Positions 59,966-64,000 of a stretch of 64,000 bases of DNA are shown here, piece by piece; position 1 is the stretch's first letter, and each line of letters starts with the position of its first letter. The stretch spans positions 3,616,001-3,680,000 of the forward strand of contig AP038806.1 in the NCBI GenBank assembly GCA_047150005.1, in the 5' to 3' direction. A model generated the notes under the pieces. The model saw only the letters and a list, made by a program, of their open reading frames with translations, made no database searches and was not told the DNA's origin. Source of the stretch: Nitrospira sp. (lineage in GTDB: Bacteria; Nitrospirota; Nitrospiria; Nitrospirales; Nitrospiraceae). A program made the translations under genes and the position numbers.

Positions 59966-62725
59966 ATGTCGTTGAAACCATGGTTTCGAGTCATGACTCC
60001 GCGGGAAGATCTGCGAGAAGGTCGTCCACTAGATGCCTCGGAGTTTGCCGTACACCTTGATCATGTCCGTGAAGGACGAGCGCCCGGCGATTATCAAGAC
60101 CCTCTCCGATTCTTTGAACGAACATTCCTTACAAAGAATCTCTCCAGCCTAGCCGCAGGAGTCGTTCGTCGTCTTTCCGGCATAAAAGTGGAAACATCCC
60201 CGGTCTACAATCTCACCACGCAGTTCGGCGGAGGCAAGACCCATGCTTTGACTCTTCTCTACCATCTGGCCAAACGAGGGCGTACAGCGTCGTCATGGAA
60301 AGGTGTGTCGAGCATTTTAGATACGGCCGGCGTCAAAACCACCCCTGAAGCAGCTGTGGCTGTTTTCGTGGGTACTGAATTCGATGCCATTTCTGGCCGT
60401 GGAGGTAAGAAGGGAGAGCCGCTCAGGCACACGCCATGGGGTGAGATTGCTTTCCAGCTGGCTGGGGCTGAGGGATTTGCGGTTGTGGCAAAACACGACG
60501 AACAACGAACGGCGCCGTCTGCTGAGGTCATTCGCGAATTCCTTCCGAAGGATCGCCCAACGCTTATCCTGCTCGATGAGCTACTCAACTTCATGGGTCG
60601 CAATCGAAAGTCAGGATTGACTGCACAGCTCTATGCCTTTGTTCAGAACCTGTCAGAAGAAGCACGCGCGCAGGATCGAGTGGTGCTCGCTGTGTCTCTC
60701 CCCTCTCTGCTAGATGAAATGACGCCTGATGATGAGGCCGATTTTGACCGGTTTCAAAAGCTGTTGGACCGGCTCGGCAAAGCAATGATTATGTCAGCTG
60801 AATCTGAGACGTCGGAGATAATTCGCCGTCGTCTGTTCGAGTGGGGCGGACTTCCAGATGAGGGACGAAAAACAGCCGGAGAATATGCCGATTGGGTTCT
60901 GACTCATCGTAATCAAGTGCCTCAATGGTTTCCGGTGGATAAAGCAAAGGAGATCTTTGCAGACACGTACCCGTTTCATCCCACGTTGCTTTCTGTCTTT
61001 GAACGGAAGTGGCAAGCGCTTCCACGATTTCAGCAAACGCGAGGCATTCTGCGCCTGTTGGCTCTCTGGGTCTCTCACGCTTACCAAGCTGGCTTCAAAG
61101 GTGCACACAAAGACCCATTAATTGGAATGGGGACTGCCCCGTTAGATGACCCGCTGTTTCGTTCAGCGGTCTTTGAACAACTGGGGAGCGCACAGCTCGA
61201 AGGAGCTGTGACAACGGATATCTGCGGAGCAAAAGGCTCACATTCCGCTCGACTAGACAAGGAGGCTGTCGAAACGATTCGCAGGGCTCGATTGCACCAA
61301 AAGGTGTCCACCGTAATCTTCTTCGAGTCCAACGGGGGCCAGACAAAGACTGAAGCTACATTGCCAGAAATTCGCCTTGCAGTTGCAGAGCCTGACCTCG
61401 ATATCGGCAACATTGAAACCGCGCTCGAAGCCCTGACAGATACCTGTTATTTTCTCTCGGCCGAAAAGAATCGGTATCGCTTTAGCCTGTCAGAAAACCT
61501 CAACAAGCTCCTCGCGGACCGTCGTGCTAGTATTCAGCCGCCCAGAATTGATGATCGAGTTCGAGCAGAAGTGCAAAAAGTTCTTCGGGAGGGAAACGGA
61601 GTGGACAGGATTTTCTTCCCGGATAAGAGCAGCCTCATCGCTGATCGCCCCGCCGTCACACTAGTCGTACTTCCCCCCGATCGTTCCCATTCAGATTCGG
61701 ATACTCGTGCATTCGTTGACTCTGCAACACGCGAGCATGGCACCTCCTCTCGGACATACAAGAGTGCTCTCATTTGGGCTGTACCGGAAGGGCCAGATGC
61801 TCTTCGGGATGAAGCCCGTAAAGTTTTGGCCTGGGAAGACTTGGACGATGAGCAGGATCAACATAGGTTTGATGAAGGGCAGAAGAGGCAGCTTGCAGAG
61901 AGTCTCAAAAAGGCGCAACGAGATATCAAAGAAACAGTTTGGCGTACATACAAGAATGTGATGCTGCTTGATAAGGATAATGCTTGGAAGACAGTGGACT
62001 TTGGCCTTGTTCACTCTAGTGCAGCCGATTCGCTCATAACGCTCATCCTTAAGCGGCTACGTCAGGATGGGGACATAGAGGTCGGCGTCAGCCCCAACTT
62101 CTTAACAAGAAATTGGCCACCGGCGTTCAAAGAATGGAGTACAAGGTCCGTCCGCGATGCGTTCTTTGCCTCTCCGCAGTTCCCCAGGCTTCTCAACGGC
62201 GACGTAATTAAGGACACGATCGTCCGAGGTGTCGAAAATGGCCAGCTTGCATATGTCGGAAAGAAAGCCGATGGCTCCTATTTCCCATTCCATTGGCAAG
62301 CCTCTCTCGGTGCACAGGATATCGAGATATCCGACGAGATGTATATTATTCAGCAGGATGTAGCAGAGGCATATAAGGCGGGAAAACCATCACTAACGCC
62401 CCAACCTACTCCGACAGCACCCACACTTGGAGGACCTACTACAGGACCGTTACCAATCTCTGGGCCTACGCCAGCTGGCCCCGCTCCCTCAGGATCAACT
62501 CTTTCGAAGATCTCTTGGAGCGGAGACATCCCACCACAGAAGTGGATGAACTTTTACACCAAAGTTCTTTCCAAATTCGCTGCCGGAATGGGGCTCAAAT
62601 TGACGCTACGGGTTGAGGTTAGTTCAGAAAGTGGGATTCCGAACCAAAAGGTTGAGGAAACTAGGGTAGCACTTCGGGAGCTTGGCCTTTCTGATGCCAT
62701 TGAATCAACTGAGCCAAAGAAATAG
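59966..62725 (+). CDS. DUF499 AAA+ ATPase
   Basis: KPW..V.TPREDL..G, FAVHL, TQFGGGKTH, LILLDE, YPFHP, FQQTRG. Confidence 0.92.
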   Translation: MSLKPWFRVMTPREDLREGRPLDASEFAVHLDHVREGRAPGDYQDPLRFFERTFLTKNLSSLAAGVVRRLSGIKVETSPVYNLTTQFGGGKTHALTLLYHLAKRGRTASSWKGVSSILDTAGVKTTPEAAVAVFVGTEFDAISGRGGKKGEPLRHTPWGEIAFQLAGAEGFAVVAKHDEQRTAPSAEVIREFLPKDRPTLILLDELLNFMGRNRKSGLTAQLYAFVQNLSEEARAQDRVVLAVSLPSLLDEMTPDDEADFDRFQKLLDRLGKAMIMSAESETSEIIRRRLFEWGGLPDEGRKTAGEYADWVLTHRNQVPQWFPVDKAKEIFADTYPFHPTLLSVFERKWQALPRFQQTRGILRLLALWVSHAYQAGFKGAHKDPLIGMGTAPLDDPLFRSAVFEQLGSAQLEGAVTTDICGAKGSHSARLDKEAVETIRRARLHQKVSTVIFFESNGGQTKTEATLPEIRLAVAEPDLDIGNIETALEALTDTCYFLSAEKNRYRFSLSENLNKLLADRRASIQPPRIDDRVRAEVQKVLREGNGVDRIFFPDKSSLIADRPAVTLVVLPPDRSHSDSDTRAFVDSATREHGTSSRTYKSALIWAVPEGPDALRDEARKVLAWEDLDDEQDQHRFDEGQKRQLAESLKKAQRDIKETVWRTYKNVMLLDKDNAWKTVDFGLVHSSAADSLITLILKRLRQDGDIEVGVSPNFLTRNWPPAFKEWSTRSVRDAFFASPQFPRLLNGDVIKDTIVRGVENGQLAYVGKKADGSYFPFHWQASLGAQDIEISDEMYIIQQDVAEAYKAGKPSLTPQPTPTAPTLGGPTTGPLPISGPTPAGPAPSGSTLSKISWSGDIPPQKWMNFYTKVLSKFAAGMGLKLTLRVEVSSESGIPNQKVEETRVALRELGLSDAIESTEPKK

Positions 62726-62791
62726 GTTTTTCATTCATGAATACCCGGCTACGCAGCATTACGCTTTGCTGATTTGACTGCTTGACGAATC

Positions 62792-63292
62792 TTGGAGAAT
62801 GCCATCATCATGGACAGCATGAAAATGTTAGTCCAATTACTCTTGAATCTGCTTCCAAAGGAAAAGTCAGTTGGCCAAGGCTACCACGTGGTCTGGCACG
62901 TTCTGGTATCTCTTGTAGGCATTGGAGCGGTTTCATCTATTGCGATCATAACTGGTCATTTGTTCTACGGAGGTGGCATTCTTTCCGCCGGATTATTCGC
63001 TTTCTCCGTTGCCATCCTTCGTCCCTCCAAGCAGTTCTTTAAGACGGAATTGCTCGAAGATTACCAATCGTTCCTTCCACACTTTTCGAAGCACCTCTAT
63101 CGTGATTTAACGCAATTCCTTGGTCTTCTTTCTGCTCACATTGCCAGTTTGCTCTGCCTGGTCACCGCTCCTCTAAATCTTTTTAGCCGACCCTCTGTTT
63201 CATGTGAGAAAGCTACTCACCATTCCGCCGCATTTCAATGTCTCCTCCTCGCCTCTACCCATGTACTCCGTGCACCTCCTCAACTCGCTTAA
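62792..63292 (+). CDS. Putative membrane protein
   Basis: 166-aa ORF with 2-3 hydrophobic segments; no recognised family. Confidence 0.4.
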   Translation: MENAIIMDSMKMLVQLLLNLLPKEKSVGQGYHVVWHVLVSLVGIGAVSSIAIITGHLFYGGGILSAGLFAFSVAILRPSKQFFKTELLEDYQSFLPHFSKHLYRDLTQFLGLLSAHIASLLCLVTAPLNLFSRPSVSCEKATHHSAAFQCLLLASTHVLRAPPQLA

Positions 63293-63358
63293 TCGCGACA
63301 TTTAGTTCAGGCAAGTCCAAAGACCGCGAGTAAGACATCTACCAACGGAGGTGTCTGT

Positions 63359-63619
63359 ATGTGCACAGCTACGGATTCGAATTCCCTGAGCGAAGAAGAA
63401 TTCATCAGTATCAAGTTGGTTACTAATGGAGTTGTCGCCAGCGCGTATGGCGTCAGTCTTCGTACTGTCGAAGGATGGGCGAGTGGTCGTCCAGGAGGTC
63501 CGGAATGCATTCGCATCGGCCGTCTCGTGAGGTGGCCACTTTCGAATTTGAGGGAACACATCAAGACTCGTCTTCATGCCGAACGGTCAGGCCAGAAACT
63601 ACGAAGGACACAACGATGA
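63359..63619 (+). CDS. Excisionase/AlpA-like HTH protein
   Basis: VASAYGVSLRTVEGW...P..IRIGRLVRW; GGAGG RBS. Confidence 0.75.
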   Translation: MCTATDSNSLSEEEFISIKLVTNGVVASAYGVSLRTVEGWASGRPGGPECIRIGRLVRWPLSNLREHIKTRLHAERSGQKLRRTQR

Positions 63620-63888
63620 AAAGAGAATCAAACCTATTCAATGGAGTGGATCTTAAACCGCTGATTGACATGCTCGAGCCACCGCAGTGGTGGTTCCAGC
63701 TTTGGCAAGAACACACGGAGTTAATGTGTGAGATAGCCGTCACAGTCATCAGTGTTCTGGTTCTTTTCCTTCTCGCATTCCGCACGTTTGCGTGGATGCT
63801 CAGGACTGGGCGGATTGCAGAGGTGGAACGCCGGCTTAACGAGTGGCATCTTCGTCGAATGCAACAAAAGGAAAAGGCATCACGGTAA
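63616..63888 (+). CDS. Small membrane hypothetical protein
   Basis: ATGA-coupled to the HTH gene; one TM helix. Confidence 0.55.
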   Translation: MKRESNLFNGVDLKPLIDMLEPPQWWFQLWQEHTELMCEIAVTVISVLVLFLLAFRTFAWMLRTGRIAEVERRLNEWHLRRMQQKEKASR

Positions 63889-63909
63889 ACAACAAAAGGA
63901 GACCGCAAA

Positions 63910-64000
63910 ATGAAGATCCTTGATGAGGTTGTCCGTCGCATTGAAGAAACGCAGCAGAGCAAGCGAATCAAGCTCGCTTTCAACCTGGACGGACGATCAG
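63910..64000 (+). CDS. Hypothetical protein (3' truncated by window edge)
   Basis: AAGGAG RBS then MKILDEVVRRIEETQQSKRIKLAFNLDGRS, open to the end. Confidence 0.55.
   Translation, partial: MKILDEVVRRIEETQQSKRIKLAFNLDGRS

Larger units (their letters stand above)
39859..64000. mobile_element. tRNA-Pro-integrated genomic (defence) island, extends beyond window
   Basis: Begins at the broken tRNA; visibly lower GC; TA, defence, radC and excisionase-like genes; no integrase inside the window. Confidence 0.85.

Noticed and set aside
62390..62500. Pro/Thr/Gly-rich stretch in the DUF499 gene as a repeat array
   Set aside because: Ordinary low-complexity linker, no regular nucleotide repeat
52894..62725. 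BREX or DISARM assignment
   Set aside because: No PglZ/BrxL or DrmA/DrmB-type genes recognised
1..64000. CRISPR array, rRNA or integrase gene
   Set aside because: No regularly spaced repeats, rRNA-like sequence or recombinase motifs seen

Overview
High-GC bacterial chromosome segment, probably Nitrospira/Nitrospirota (inferred from gene content and order; not verified). Left ~39.8 kb is core-type genome: a CzcCBA-type RND efflux operon, def, an ABC exporter, an eight-gene sulfur-carrier cluster (ThiS, CysK, two MoeB/ThiF, ThrC-like, MoaD, NIL, JAB), an intact IS5 element, a sigma54-preceded heme peroxidase, cax, hemW, metH, an HD-GYP regulator, rph and rdgB. After rdgB come a ~120-bp MITE-like element and only the 5' half of tRNA-Pro(UGG). 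The sequence then becomes visibly lower in GC and forms a defence-type island running past the window end. The island holds a DUF1778/GNAT toxin-antitoxin pair, an ankyrin-HTH fusion, an MBL + E2-E1-JAB + patatin operon, radC, and an SNF2/DUF1156/nuclease-like/DUF499 restriction-like operon. It also holds an ECF-sigma / putative anti-sigma / IrrE-peptidase triad, divergent from a ubiquitin-like operon (Ubl ending in Ser, E2-E1 lacking the usual E1 Cys, DUF6527). That sigma-IrrE-Ubl module is the best candidate for an undescribed system. All family calls are from motif recognition by eye; no searches were run.
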